A stretch of 64,000 nt of DNA from Candidatus Fraserbacteria bacterium (GTDB lineage Bacteria; Bipolaricaulota; Bipolaricaulia; RBG-16-55-9). The position numbers and the translations under genes are program-made. Under the pieces are notes generated by a model, which saw only the letters and a program-made list of their open reading frames with translations, did not search any database and was not told the origin of the DNA. Location: NCBI GenBank assembly GCA_037443265.1, contig JBBIOR010000006.1:12896-76895 (forward strand), written 5' to 3'. This document shows, piece after piece, positions 11,321 to 20,828 of the stretch (positions are counted from its first letter, which is position 1; every line of letters begins with the position of its first letter).

Positions 11321-12253
11321 ATGGGACTTCCACTTGCGGCCCTGCTCATCTCGTTTGGTGTGACGTATCTTTTGGCGTGGGGAATGGGGCGCTGGGCCGC
11401 TCGCCTCGGGCTGATCGATGCGCCCAATGGCCGAAAGCTTCACAGCCATGAGACGTCCATTGGAGGGCTGGCGGTGGTGGCGGGAAGCCTAGCCGGCTTT
11501 CTGCCCTTCGTTTCGCCCCCTTTTGTGATGTGGAGTTGGCTGGCTGGAGCTCTGTCCGTCGCGCTCTTGGGCTCCCTGGACGACCGCCGAGAGCTGAGTG
11601 CGCCAGTCAAGCTCGTCGGCCAGACGCTGGCGGCACTCCTCCTGGTGCTGGGAGGATTTATGATGTACTCGATCACTCTGCTCGATCTTGAGATCGAGCT
11701 GGGCGCGCTGGCGGTCCCCTTTACGGTCCTTTGGCTGGTGGGCATCACGAACGCATTCAATCTGATGGACGGCTTAGATGGGCTCGCCGGAGGAGCGGCT
11801 GTCATCCTGGCTGCCGCCGGCGCGATCTTGAGCATACCAACGGGAAATTCACAAATACTGGCGCTCTCGCTGGCCGTCTTGGGAGCCGCTTTGGCGTTCA
11901 CACTCTTCAATACCCATCCCGCCCGGCTGTTTTTGGGAGACGGTGGCAGTTACTTTCTCGGCTTCACCTTCGCCTTTTTGACCCTGGCGGCTGTGGCGGG
12001 GCCGGGGGGCATTCTGGAAGAGGTGCCCTTGCTGGTGCCTATCGTGCTCTTGGGCTATCCCATTGCTGACACGCTCTGGGCCATCATGCGCAGAATTTGG
12101 GCTGGGCGCTCGATCTTTTTGCCCGATCAGGAGCACCTACACCATCGCTGGCTCAAAAGAGTGGGCGATCATCGCCGGGCCGTCTGGGCTCTTTATGGCC
12201 TCTTGGTTGTGCTGGCAGCGCTGGGGCTCCTGCTGCGCTTTGTATGGGGTTAA
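11321..12253 (+). CDS. Polyprenyl-phosphate GlcNAc-1-P transferase (WecA/TagO-like, MraY family)
   Basis: RKLH, GSLDD, NAFNLMDGLDGL, FLGDGGS, HLHH; multi-TM. Confidence 0.9.
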   Translation: MGLPLAALLISFGVTYLLAWGMGRWAARLGLIDAPNGRKLHSHETSIGGLAVVAGSLAGFLPFVSPPFVMWSWLAGALSVALLGSLDDRRELSAPVKLVGQTLAALLLVLGGFMMYSITLLDLEIELGALAVPFTVLWLVGITNAFNLMDGLDGLAGGAAVILAAAGAILSIPTGNSQILALSLAVLGAALAFTLFNTHPARLFLGDGGSYFLGFTFAFLTLAAVAGPGGILEEVPLLVPIVLLGYPIADTLWAIMRRIWAGRSIFLPDQEHLHHRWLKRVGDHRRAVWALYGLLVVLAALGLLLRFVWG

Positions 12254-12957
12254 CGCCGCTGCTGCAAGAAGATCATGACGTAGTAGACCAGGTTCAGGAT
12301 CGCGACAGCGGCTGCGGCCACATACGTGAGCGCGGCCGCGTTCAGCACCTTTCCGACGGCGGCCAGCTCCGGGCCTGAGGTGACCACTCCCGTATCTTTA
12401 AGGAGGGCCATCGCCCGTCGGCTGGCGTTGAACTCCACCGGCAGCGTCACCAGCGTAAAGAGCACCGCCGCAGAGTACGCCAGAATCCCCAATAGAATCA
12501 GGATGCTGAATTTGGGGATGAGAAAGCCAGCTAGGATGAGGGGGAAGGCCAATTGGCTTCCGAATTGGGCTGCAGGCACGAGAGCCGAGCGGAGCACCAG
12601 AGGCTGGTAGCGCGCGGCATCCTGGAGCGCATGTCCGGCCTCATGGGCCGCCACGCCAATATCGGCCAGCGAGCGGCTATCAGGATGCGAGAGCCTGAGG
12701 GTCTTGTCCCGAGGGTCGTAGTGATCAGTGAGCATCCCCGGAACAGCCGCCACCCGAACGGCTCTCAGCTCGGGCTGTCTCAAGCTGAGAGCTCCATGTC
12801 CTAGAAGGCGCTCGGCCACCTGACGAGCCGTAAATCCAGACGAGCAGGTCACTTGCGCGTACCGCGCATAGGTGCTCCGAACCTTCCACTGCGCGTAGAA
12901 GGCCAAGAGCATCGCCGGTGCCAGAAGCAAGAACCACAATGGATCAAAGAAGAACAT
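12250..12957 (-). CDS. Membrane zinc metallopeptidase (YugP-like)
   Basis: LTDHYDP, AAHEAGHALQ, TLPVEFNASRRA, AAALTYVA; start MFFFDP. Confidence 0.9.
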   Translation of the reverse strand: MFFFDPLWFLLLAPAMLLAFYAQWKVRSTYARYAQVTCSSGFTARQVAERLLGHGALSLRQPELRAVRVAAVPGMLTDHYDPRDKTLRLSHPDSRSLADIGVAAHEAGHALQDAARYQPLVLRSALVPAAQFGSQLAFPLILAGFLIPKFSILILLGILAYSAAVLFTLVTLPVEFNASRRAMALLKDTGVVTSGPELAAVGKVLNAAALTYVAAAAVAILNLVYYVMIFLQQRR

Positions 12958-13073
12958 CGTTCGCTCACCTCGGCTTCGGGCACTATTATACCGGGAAGCC
13001 TCAAGGTCCACAAGACGGCTTGAAGCGCTTCTGCCTCTTCTGCTATCATGATGCGCTCTGCCACCGGGGCCTT

Positions 13074-13147
13074 TGGGGTGTGGTGCAAGGGTAGCACACC
13101 GGCCTTTGGAGCCGGGAATGGAGGTTCGAATCCTCCCGCCCCAGCCA
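13074..13147 (+). tRNA. tRNA-Gln(TTG)
   Basis: Acceptor TGGGGTG/CGCCCCA, anticodon arm CCGGC-CTTTGGA-GCCGG, GTTCGAA T-loop, encoded CCA. Confidence 0.95.
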
Positions 13148-13167
13148 GGCCAGGCTAGGGTGATCCC

Positions 13168-13857
13168 ATGGCGGCAGAAGATCTCGTGGAGTTAAAGCGC
13201 AGGCTGAAGCTGGACCTCTCAGAAGAAGAGCTCCGGCGGGCCTTTTTGCACAGCTCTTTCGTGAACGAGAATCCATGCCTGGGGCAGGAGTCAAACGAGC
13301 GGCTGGAGTTCTTGGGAGACGCAGTGTTGGATCTGGCCATCAGCGAGTATCTCTACGAGAATTACCCCTTCAGCGAGGGGGAGCTTACGAAGATCAAATC
13401 CGTTGTGGTCAGCGGATCGACTCTGGCTAAGCGGGCCAAGGCCCTGGGCCTGCCGCACCATCTCCAGTTAGGCCGAGGAGAGGAAGAATCCGGAGGTCGG
13501 CAGCGGGGCTCCATCTTAAGTGATGCCTTCGAGGCTCTTGTGGGCGTGATCTTCCTCAAGCGGGGCTATGAAGCCGCGGCCCGCTTGGTCATCCGCGAGC
13601 TTAAGGAGGAGATCGAGAAGACCGTCCGGGGCCAGCATCGCTACGACTACAAGACGCTCCTCCAGGAGGAAGCGCAACGAAGAGGACTGCGGCCGAGCTA
13701 CGCGCTGGTGGGCACGCGCGGGGCAGATCATCAAAAGGAGTTTACGGTGCAGGTGGAACTGGGCGGCCAAGTGGCCTTAGGACGCGGCCGACGGGTGAAG
13801 CAAGCCGAGCAGGCGGCCGCCCAAAAACTCTACGAACGCTTGCTCTCTAACCATTAG
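13168..13857 (+). CDS. rnc: Ribonuclease III
   Basis: NERLEFLGDAVL, DAFEALVG, dsRBD DYKTLLQE..KQAEQAAA. Confidence 0.96.
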   Translation: MAAEDLVELKRRLKLDLSEEELRRAFLHSSFVNENPCLGQESNERLEFLGDAVLDLAISEYLYENYPFSEGELTKIKSVVVSGSTLAKRAKALGLPHHLQLGRGEEESGGRQRGSILSDAFEALVGVIFLKRGYEAAARLVIRELKEEIEKTVRGQHRYDYKTLLQEEAQRRGLRPSYALVGTRGADHQKEFTVQVELGGQVALGRGRRVKQAEQAAAQKLYERLLSNH

Positions 13858-13926
13858 AGTGCTCTTTGAAATCCACCTCCGGGCCGCTTAGAATAGGCCC
13901 ATCTTAGCAGATGGGGAGGAGTCCAC

Positions 13927-14223
13927 ATGCCAAGGAAAGTCTTCATAACCCCGGAGGGTGCGAGGGTAGAGGACGAGGCCATTGAAGTGGAGCCGATTTC
14001 CATCACGGCAGAGGATGTGATCCTTTGGGAGTACGACGACCCGGACCTCTCTCTCAAGCGAGTGATCCTGGATCCTCGGGCTGTCCGGCTCTGGAAGGCG
14101 GTCCACGAGACGGATCACCAGGGTTATCCTCTGATGAGCTTCGAGCCCGGCTTTGAAGCTGAGCCCCGAGAAGAATACTACGAGGAAGCGCCCGCGGAAG
14201 AAGGAGAGGAGACAGAGAGTTAG
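13927..14223 (+). CDS. Small acidic hypothetical protein
   Basis: Own promoter TTGAAA-17-TAGAAT (13866-13894), SD GGAGGAG, Glu-rich tail. Confidence 0.75.
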   Translation: MPRKVFITPEGARVEDEAIEVEPISITAEDVILWEYDDPDLSLKRVILDPRAVRLWKAVHETDHQGYPLMSFEPGFEAEPREEYYEEAPAEEGEETES

Positions 14224-14374
14224 ACGCTGCGGTTCTGACGGCGCTCCCTGTGCCAGCCATTAAGGCTTCTCCGTGGGATTGACCCCTGAGGCATTGCTCT
14301 AAAATTATTATGTTATGACAAGCGCCGGGAGGCTTGATTTGGGAGTCTTTTGCCGCTAAGATCGAGAGGCGTCT

Positions 14375-14448
14375 GCGCCCGTAGCTCAGCTGGATAGAGC
14401 AGCGGTTTCCTAAACCGCAGGTCGGAGGTTCGAGTCCTCCCGGGCGTA
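14375..14448 (+). tRNA. tRNA-Arg(CCT)
   Basis: GCGCCCG/CGGGCGT acceptor, GCGGT-TTCCTAA-ACCGC anticodon arm; CCA not encoded. Confidence 0.95.
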
Positions 14449-14460
14449 CTTGCATCCACG

Positions 14461-15606
14461 ATGAACCCCGCACTCTGTTTCCATCTGGTCACGCTGCTTT
14501 TGGGTTTCAGCTTCTTCTCGTTCATTCTGCTCATCCCCCTCTTCGCTCAGGAGCTCGGGATGAGTTTGACCGAGACCGGACTGGTGTTGGCCATCTTCTC
14601 GGTGGCCGTCATCGCGTTTAGCCCCATCTGGGGACATCTCTCCGATCGTCTGGGGCGCCGGAAGCCCTTGCTCGTCATCGGAAGCCTGCTCTTCTTTCTG
14701 AGCAGCTTCCTGCACTTTCTCGTAAACACTTGGGCAGAGTTGATGGCTCTTCGCTTCCTCCAGGGGATGGCCTTCGCCGTAACGCCCATGCTCACCGTGC
14801 TCTTCTCGGATCATTTCGGCGCTCAGGCGGCTCGACGCTTTGGGGCGTTCAGTGCAGCCAATGCGGTGGGCTGGGGCTTGGGCAGCGTGCTCTCTGGAAT
14901 TTTGGCCGAGCTGCTGGGCATCCGCTGGGTCTTCATCCTCGTGTCGTTTCTGTCACTGGCAGGCGCAGGATTTATCCAATGGGGATTGCCGGAGAAAGCC
15001 ACTTCCGTTCATGCACCCAGCGTTCCTAGCCGTGTCCCCAGCAAGCTCTTCTATCTTTATGGCATGATCTTCGCACGCCACAGCGCGGCCATTGCGCTCT
15101 GGTCCGTCTTTCCCCTCTATCTGAAAGGGTTTGTGCAAAGCCTTTCGTGGGTTGGGATCGTCAACGGCATCAACATGCTCGTTCAGCCCCTGTTCATGCT
15201 GGCCATTGGGAAGTACGCCGAGCGCTGGGACAAGCTGCAGATCATACTCATAGGGATTGGAGGCAGCATCGCGACCTTCCTGGTGTATGCCTCAGCGGCC
15301 AGCGTCTGGCAGATCGTCGTCGGCCAGGTGATGATTGCGGCCTCCTGGTCGGCCATGTTCATCGGCATGAACCTCTATTTAATTGAGGAGGTCCCTCAGC
15401 GGAGCCGGGGCCAGGCCTTCGGCTATTTTCAGTCGGCCATCACCTCGGCCGCTGCGGTAGGCCCGCTGCTGGGAGGCTCTTTGTCAGATGCCTACGGCAT
15501 TCACGGGATGATCTTCATCGCCAGCGTGCTCATGGCGCTTAGCATTCCCTTCTTGCTGAGATTGCAGATGATCGACAGGAGATCGCAAGCGGAGCCATTT
15601 GGCTGA
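14461..15606 (+). CDS. MFS transporter
   Basis: Motif A GHLSDRLGRR, about 12 TM segments. Confidence 0.9.
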   Translation: MNPALCFHLVTLLLGFSFFSFILLIPLFAQELGMSLTETGLVLAIFSVAVIAFSPIWGHLSDRLGRRKPLLVIGSLLFFLSSFLHFLVNTWAELMALRFLQGMAFAVTPMLTVLFSDHFGAQAARRFGAFSAANAVGWGLGSVLSGILAELLGIRWVFILVSFLSLAGAGFIQWGLPEKATSVHAPSVPSRVPSKLFYLYGMIFARHSAAIALWSVFPLYLKGFVQSLSWVGIVNGINMLVQPLFMLAIGKYAERWDKLQIILIGIGGSIATFLVYASAASVWQIVVGQVMIAASWSAMFIGMNLYLIEEVPQRSRGQAFGYFQSAITSAAAVGPLLGGSLSDAYGIHGMIFIASVLMALSIPFLLRLQMIDRRSQAEPFG

Positions 15607-15633
15607 TGCACGGCCCTGGAGTAAGATGTTGAC

Positions 15634-16407
15634 ATGGATGAGCAAGCTCTGCTTGAGCGAGCTAGGGAGATCTTCGTCAAGGAGCCTCGATTGATTCAGC
15701 TCAGTCGTGTCGAGCGAGCCGTCTTCGTGGGTGATACTCACGGTGACCTGGAAGCGACCCAGCTCGTCATCGGGCGATATCTCCAGCCGGAGACGGCGCT
15801 CGTGTTTCTGGGCGATTACGTCGACCGCGGGCCGTACTCTCGCGAGAACCTCGAATTTTTATTGCAGCTTAAGCTGGAGCGGCCTGAGCGCGTCTATCTG
15901 CTCCAGGGCAATCACGAGGCGTGGCTGGAGTACCCGTTTTATCCTGCGGATTTCTGGGAGGGCCTAAGCCCTGAGCGGCAGAGGCTCTATGGGGAGGTGC
16001 TGGCCCAGCTCCCTTGGGCCGCGGCCTTGGCCAATGGAGTGCTGGCCCTGCACGGGGCGCTGCCGGCCGTGAAGGGACTGGCGGCCTTAGGCGACATCGA
16101 GTTGGGGAGCTGGGAATGGCGCAAGATCACCTGGGGGGACTGGCAGGACTCACCCGGGTATTTTCTGGGAGATTACGGAGGCCGGCCTCAGTTGGGACGC
16201 GATTATTTTGATGAACAGATGGCTCGCTTTGGGATGAGGGTGCTCATACGCTCGCATCAGCCGCATGCGCCCCAACTTCTATTCGACGATCGTTGTCTGA
16301 CGATCTTCACTTCTTGTGCCTATGGGCCTCGGGAGCGGACGGTAGCCATTGTCCCCCTGGATCGCGAGATGGGCACGGCGCGCGATCTCATTTTAGAAGG
16401 AGTCTAA
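15634..16407 (+). CDS. PPP-family Ser/Thr protein phosphatase (metallophosphoesterase)
   Basis: GDTHGD, GDYVDRG, GNHE, HG, IRSHQ, LTIFTS. Confidence 0.88.
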   Translation: MDEQALLERAREIFVKEPRLIQLSRVERAVFVGDTHGDLEATQLVIGRYLQPETALVFLGDYVDRGPYSRENLEFLLQLKLERPERVYLLQGNHEAWLEYPFYPADFWEGLSPERQRLYGEVLAQLPWAAALANGVLALHGALPAVKGLAALGDIELGSWEWRKITWGDWQDSPGYFLGDYGGRPQLGRDYFDEQMARFGMRVLIRSHQPHAPQLLFDDRCLTIFTSCAYGPRERTVAIVPLDREMGTARDLILEGV

Positions 16408-17675
16408 GGGAGCTGTCGCAATTCGGGCCTTCTCCAGAGGGCCCAGAGGGCCGCCCCCAAGCAGACGAGCGCTCCCAAAGAGACCGCCAGCGGGACGCCC
16501 GCTAGATGGGCCACCGTGCCGGCTTGCAGGTCGCCTATGGGGGATAAGCCGATGAAAGCGAGCGCGTGCAAGCTCATCACTCGCCCGCGGAAGCCCTCTT
16601 TGGCGATGGTTTGTAGAAGCGTGTTGGCGGTGGCATTCTGCAAGACGAACCCAAAGCCGACCAGCACCAGCAGGATCTCTGAGAGCACAAAGGAGCGCGC
16701 AAGCGAGAAGGCTAGAACTCCCAGCGGGAACAAGAGATTCCCTAAGGTGAAGAGCCGGCCCTTGAGCCAGTCGCTCCCCCGCGATGCCAGAAAGAGTGCA
16801 CCGCTTAGAGCCCCTAAGCCCACCGCGGCCAGCAGCGCTCCATAGCCAGTCGCGCCCACGCCCAATACATCCCGCGCGAAGGCCGGCATGAGCGTTGTGT
16901 ACGGAAGCCCGAAGAGGCTGGAGATGCCCACCAGGGCAAGCAGCGTAAGAAGGGTCGCATTGCGGCGGGCATAGCTTAAGCCCTCCTTCAGCTGGAGCCA
17001 GATAGAGCTTTCCCCCCCCTCTAAGGGGGCCTGAGAAAGACTCAACACGTCTATGCGCCAGAGGCCGATCAACACGGCCAGGAAGCTGATGCCGTTCAAG
17101 AAGAAGCATCCTGTTTCTCCCACGGTAGGCACCAGCACCCCGGCGAGCAGGGGCCCCACGATCCGCGCGCTGTTGAACACGGAGGAGTTGAGTGCGATGG
17201 CATTCATCAGATCTTCTTTGCCCACCATCTCCACGATGAACGCCTGCCGGGCTGGCGTATCGAAGGCGTTGACCAGGCCTAATAGCGCCGACAGCGCGAT
17301 GATCTGCCAGATCTGTATCGCGCCGGTGGCGGTCAACCCCGCGAGCAAGAAGGCCTGGATCATGGCCACCAGCTGAGTTAGGAGGATCAGATCTCGCTTG
17401 GGCAAGCGATCGGCCACCACCCCTCCGATCAGCGAGAAGAGCAACACAGGGAAGTAGCGGGCGAAGCCGACCAAGCCCAGATAGAAGGCCGAGTCCGTCA
17501 GGCGATAGACCAGCCAGCCCTGAGCGGCCATCTGCATCCAGGTGCCGGCCAGCGAGAAGAGCTGTCCCCACCAGAAGAGGCGGAAGTTGCGGTGCCGCAG
17601 CGCGCGGAAGGTCCCGCTGCCCCGAACAGCTGCAGCAGAATGTTCATCAGAAGCGGGAATACGTGGCGAGGCCAA
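16404..17675 (-). CDS. MFS transporter (DUF894/macrolide-efflux-like)
   Basis: RHRNFRLFWWGQ, GTWMQ, GGVVADR, AFDTPARQA, RGRVMS. Confidence 0.9.
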   Translation of the reverse strand: MASPRIPASDEHSAAAVRGSGTFRALRHRNFRLFWWGQLFSLAGTWMQMAAQGWLVYRLTDSAFYLGLVGFARYFPVLLFSLIGGVVADRLPKRDLILLTQLVAMIQAFLLAGLTATGAIQIWQIIALSALLGLVNAFDTPARQAFIVEMVGKEDLMNAIALNSSVFNSARIVGPLLAGVLVPTVGETGCFFLNGISFLAVLIGLWRIDVLSLSQAPLEGGESSIWLQLKEGLSYARRNATLLTLLALVGISSLFGLPYTTLMPAFARDVLGVGATGYGALLAAVGLGALSGALFLASRGSDWLKGRLFTLGNLLFPLGVLAFSLARSFVLSEILLVLVGFGFVLQNATANTLLQTIAKEGFRGRVMSLHALAFIGLSPIGDLQAGTVAHLAGVPLAVSLGALVCLGAALWALWRRPELRQLP

Positions 17676-17714
17676 GCGCGCCTCCTGATACGCCTAGGGA
17701 GTATAGCGACTCCC

Positions 17715-18803
17715 TCAGGCCCCGACCAACTCGGCGAGGCGCTCTTGGTGATAAGCCTCAGCCAGCGGCTCAATCAGCAGATCTAGATTTCCTTCGAGGA
17801 CGTCTTCCAAACGATGGATGGTGAGCTCAATGCGATGATCCGTGACGCGATTCTGTGGGAAGTTGTACGTGCGGATCTTTTCAGAGCGCGCAGCGCTGCC
17901 AATCTGGATTCTTCGCTCTTGGACGCGCTGCTCTTCCACTCTCGATTCTAGCAGCTCCTTAAGCTTGGCCCTCAAAAGCCTCAAGGCGCGCTCTTTGTTC
18001 TTGTGTTGAGAGCGCTCCTCCTGGCAGGCCACCGTAATTCCTGTGGGCTTATGCTTGATTCTGACGGCAGAATTCACTTTATTGACGTTCTGGCCGCCGG
18101 GGCCGCCCGCGCGGAACGCCTCGATCTCTAGATCATCATCTTTTAGCTCGATCTCAATCGCTTCCACTTCGGCCAGCACGGCCACGGTCGCCGTGGAGGT
18201 GTGGATTCGCCCGGAGGCCTCTGTGGCCGGCACGCGCTGCACGCGATGAACGCCGCTCTCGAACTTAAAGAGCCCATATGCCCCGCGGCCCAGCACGGAG
18301 AACGCGACCAGCTTGAAGCCGCCTAGGGGCGTAGGGTGCGCGTCTAGAATCTCCAAGCGGAAGCCCTTCTGTTCAGCATATTTGCGGTACATGCGAAAGA
18401 GATCGGCCGCAAAGAGAGCGGATTCTTCGCCTCCCGCGCCTGCACGAATCTCTATGATCGCGTTCTTCTCATCCCGAGGATCTTCCGGCAGGAGCGAACG
18501 CTTCAGCCCTTGGAGCAGCTCTTCATATCTCTTTCTGGTTTGCTTAAGCTCTGCTTGGATGAGCTCTTTGAGCTCTTCGCCGTGATCTTCTTTGAGCCAA
18601 GTCTCTGTCTCGGCGATCTCTCGCTCCAGCTTCTTTAGCTCCTGATAGTCGTCGGCGGCTTTCTTCAAGCGTGCGTATCGCTGAGAGAGCTCGATGTACC
18701 GCGGGCTGTTCACCAACTCGGGCCGAGCTAGCTCCGCCTCCAGCTGGCGGCATTCTTTTAAAAACTCCTCAAGTCGATGGCGAATTTGAGTCTGCATAGG
18801 CAC
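17715..18803 (-). CDS. prfA: Peptide chain release factor 1
   Basis: [14 protein letters not shown] (PxT motif), [23 protein letters not shown]. Confidence 0.96.
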   Translation of the reverse strand: MPMQTQIRHRLEEFLKECRQLEAELARPELVNSPRYIELSQRYARLKKAADDYQELKKLEREIAETETWLKEDHGEELKELIQAELKQTRKRYEELLQGLKRSLLPEDPRDEKNAIIEIRAGAGGEESALFAADLFRMYRKYAEQKGFRLEILDAHPTPLGGFKLVAFSVLGRGAYGLFKFESGVHRVQRVPATEASGRIHTSTATVAVLAEVEAIEIELKDDDLEIEAFRAGGPGGQNVNKVNSAVRIKHKPTGITVACQEERSQHKNKERALRLLRAKLKELLESRVEEQRVQERRIQIGSAARSEKIRTYNFPQNRVTDHRIELTIHRLEDVLEGNLDLLIEPLAEAYHQERLAELVGA

Positions 18804-18902
18804 GCCTCCATTTAAGCTTCTCCCGCTTGGGATTGCAACTTGTGCGGTTACATTGCATGGCTGTATAATTGCTGTATATATGGTGCCAGGAGGAGGATGG
18901 AC

Positions 18903-20144
18903 ATGGACCGACGGACGTTTCTTAAGGCGATGATGGGGAGCGCGGCACTTCTGCTCTGGCCGGTGCGCACAAGCTCAGGCCAAGAGCCCATCACCATAGG
19001 CCTGCAGGCCGATCTTACGGGCAGCCTGCCGGATTACGGCTACTGGCACGACAAAGTGGTGCGCGCGGCGGTAGCCAAAATCAATGGCGAGGGAGGCATC
19101 GCCGGCCGCGAAGTGCAATTGCTCGTGGAAGACACGGCGACGAGTGCTGAAATAGGGCGAGACAAGCTGATCAAGATGGAGCAAGATGGGGCTCATTTCA
19201 TCATCGGCTCACAGCACTCTGGAGTGAGCTTGGCCAGTCTCCCCCTAGCAAAAGAGCTCAAGATGATCTATTTCCCGTTGGGGGAGGCTACGGAGATCAC
19301 GGGCGAGGCCGGCAATCGCTACATCTTCCGGGCGAATCATTCCGTGAGAAGTCACGCGCAAGTCGGGCATCGCTGGGCGGTGGAGAATTTGGGCCGGCGC
19401 TGGACGATCATCGTGGCCGATTATGCCTTTGGGCGCAGCCACGCGGCGGAGTGGCCGCCCCTGCTGCAGAGTGTCGGCGCGGAGGTACTTGAAGTCATCA
19501 AGATCCCTCTAGAGACGACAGACTTTCTGCCCTTCCTGGGCCGTGTGCCTCCCAACACGGAAGTGCTCTTCCACGTCTTCCCCGGCGTGAACGCCCTCAG
19601 ATTCTTGACGGCGGCGGGTGAGCTTGGCCTGCTCGAGAAGATGAAGGCCTTTGGAGTCATCTGCACGGTAGACGGCATCAAGCTGGAGGACGTGCCCGCC
19701 ATTGAAGGCAGCTGGTATGTTTCCAATCATCCGCACCGCTTGGCCGATGTGCCCGAAAGCCTCAAAGAATTCGATGCTCAATTCCGTGAGCGGGTCGGAG
19801 CCACACCCCAGGGCACGGAAGTGGGCACTGGGCGGCCCACCACCGGCTCGCACTACTGGTACGGCTGGGAGATCGTGCATCTCATCAAGCAAGCCGTCGA
19901 AGAGACCGGCTGGCGCTCGCAACAGGATCACCCGGAGATCGTACGCTATCTCGAGGGTCTTCAGATTGAGCCCGGCTTCGCTTTCCCTCAGGGCGAAAAA
20001 TTCATCCGTGCCCAAGACCATCAAGCGTTTCATGATCATTATCTGGAGCGCTTCGAGCAGGGCGAGCTTCAGGTGACTCAGCGGATCGACAAGCAAGAGG
20101 CCGTCTACGATCCGTTGGCGGACTACACGAAGCAAGAGTTGTAG
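18903..20144 (+). CDS. LIV-family ABC substrate-binding protein, Tat signal
   Basis: MDRRTFLK twin-Arg motif after SD AGGAGG; [15 protein letters not shown]. Confidence 0.88.
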   Translation: MDRRTFLKAMMGSAALLLWPVRTSSGQEPITIGLQADLTGSLPDYGYWHDKVVRAAVAKINGEGGIAGREVQLLVEDTATSAEIGRDKLIKMEQDGAHFIIGSQHSGVSLASLPLAKELKMIYFPLGEATEITGEAGNRYIFRANHSVRSHAQVGHRWAVENLGRRWTIIVADYAFGRSHAAEWPPLLQSVGAEVLEVIKIPLETTDFLPFLGRVPPNTEVLFHVFPGVNALRFLTAAGELGLLEKMKAFGVICTVDGIKLEDVPAIEGSWYVSNHPHRLADVPESLKEFDAQFRERVGATPQGTEVGTGRPTTGSHYWYGWEIVHLIKQAVEETGWRSQQDHPEIVRYLEGLQIEPGFAFPQGEKFIRAQDHQAFHDHYLERFEQGELQVTQRIDKQEAVYDPLADYTKQEL

Positions 20145-20168
20145 GCCACTAGTCCGTTTCGATAGCCG

Positions 20169-20219
20169 TTGACAGATTTATTTCAGCCCCGTATACTTTC
20201 AGACTGACCAGTCGGTTTG
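20169..20219 (+). promoter_or_regulatory. Promoter plus palindromic operator for tetR-liv operon
   Basis: TTGACA-17-TATACT, then imperfect palindrome CAGACTGACCAGTCGGTTTG (20200-20219) over the predicted start site. Confidence 0.7.
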
Positions 20220-20225
20220 GAGGCC

Positions 20226-20828
20226 ATGCGCGATAAAGAAGCCACCCGCGAGAAGATCTTAAGAGCTGCCGAGAGCGTCTTTGCCGAAAAGGGCTACTAC
20301 GCATCCCTCGTCGATGAGATCGCTCAGGCTTCTCAGACCTCCAAAGGCGCTATATATTTTCACTTCCCCAGCAAGGAGCAGCTCTTCGCGGCTCTTATGG
20401 AGCGTCTGGCGAAGGGCCTTCTGACCGAAGTGGAGGCTTCCATCAGCCAGCAGAAGGGTGCCGTCGCCAAAGTCCAAGCCGCTCTCGAGACGGTCATGAA
20501 AAATCTCATCAAGCGGCGCAGGCTCGCACAGATCTTGCTCGTTCAGAGCCTGTTCAGTCCGGCCTTTGCCCGCAAGCGTCTGGAGATCTTCGACGAGTTC
20601 GCCCAGCTCATCGAGAGATATTTGAACGAGGCCATCGAAGAAGGCTCGATTCCATCCCTGGACACAAGAGTTGTGGCCCACGCCTGGCTCGGGGCCATTC
20701 ACGAGCTGGTGGTGCGCTGGCTGTACGCCGGAGAGCCCAAGCTGGAGCGCGCCCTTCCGGCCCTCAGCCAGCTCTTTCTAAGCGGCCTTGGAGTTTCTAT
20801 AAACAAAAAATCCCGGAGGGATCTATGA
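20226..20828 (+). CDS. TetR/AcrR family regulator
   Basis: ILRAAESVFAEKGY..VDEIA..SKGAIYFHFPSKEQLF. Confidence 0.93.
   Translation: MRDKEATREKILRAAESVFAEKGYYASLVDEIAQASQTSKGAIYFHFPSKEQLFAALMERLAKGLLTEVEASISQQKGAVAKVQAALETVMKNLIKRRRLAQILLVQSLFSPAFARKRLEIFDEFAQLIERYLNEAIEEGSIPSLDTRVVAHAWLGAIHELVVRWLYAGEPKLERALPALSQLFLSGLGVSINKKSRRDL

Noticed and set aside
14290-14320. dif-like sequence (..CTAAAATTATTATGTTATGA)
   Set aside because: Only the XerD-like half TTATGTTA matches. The XerC arm and spacing do not fit, and it is better explained as AT-rich promoter DNA upstream of tRNA-Arg.
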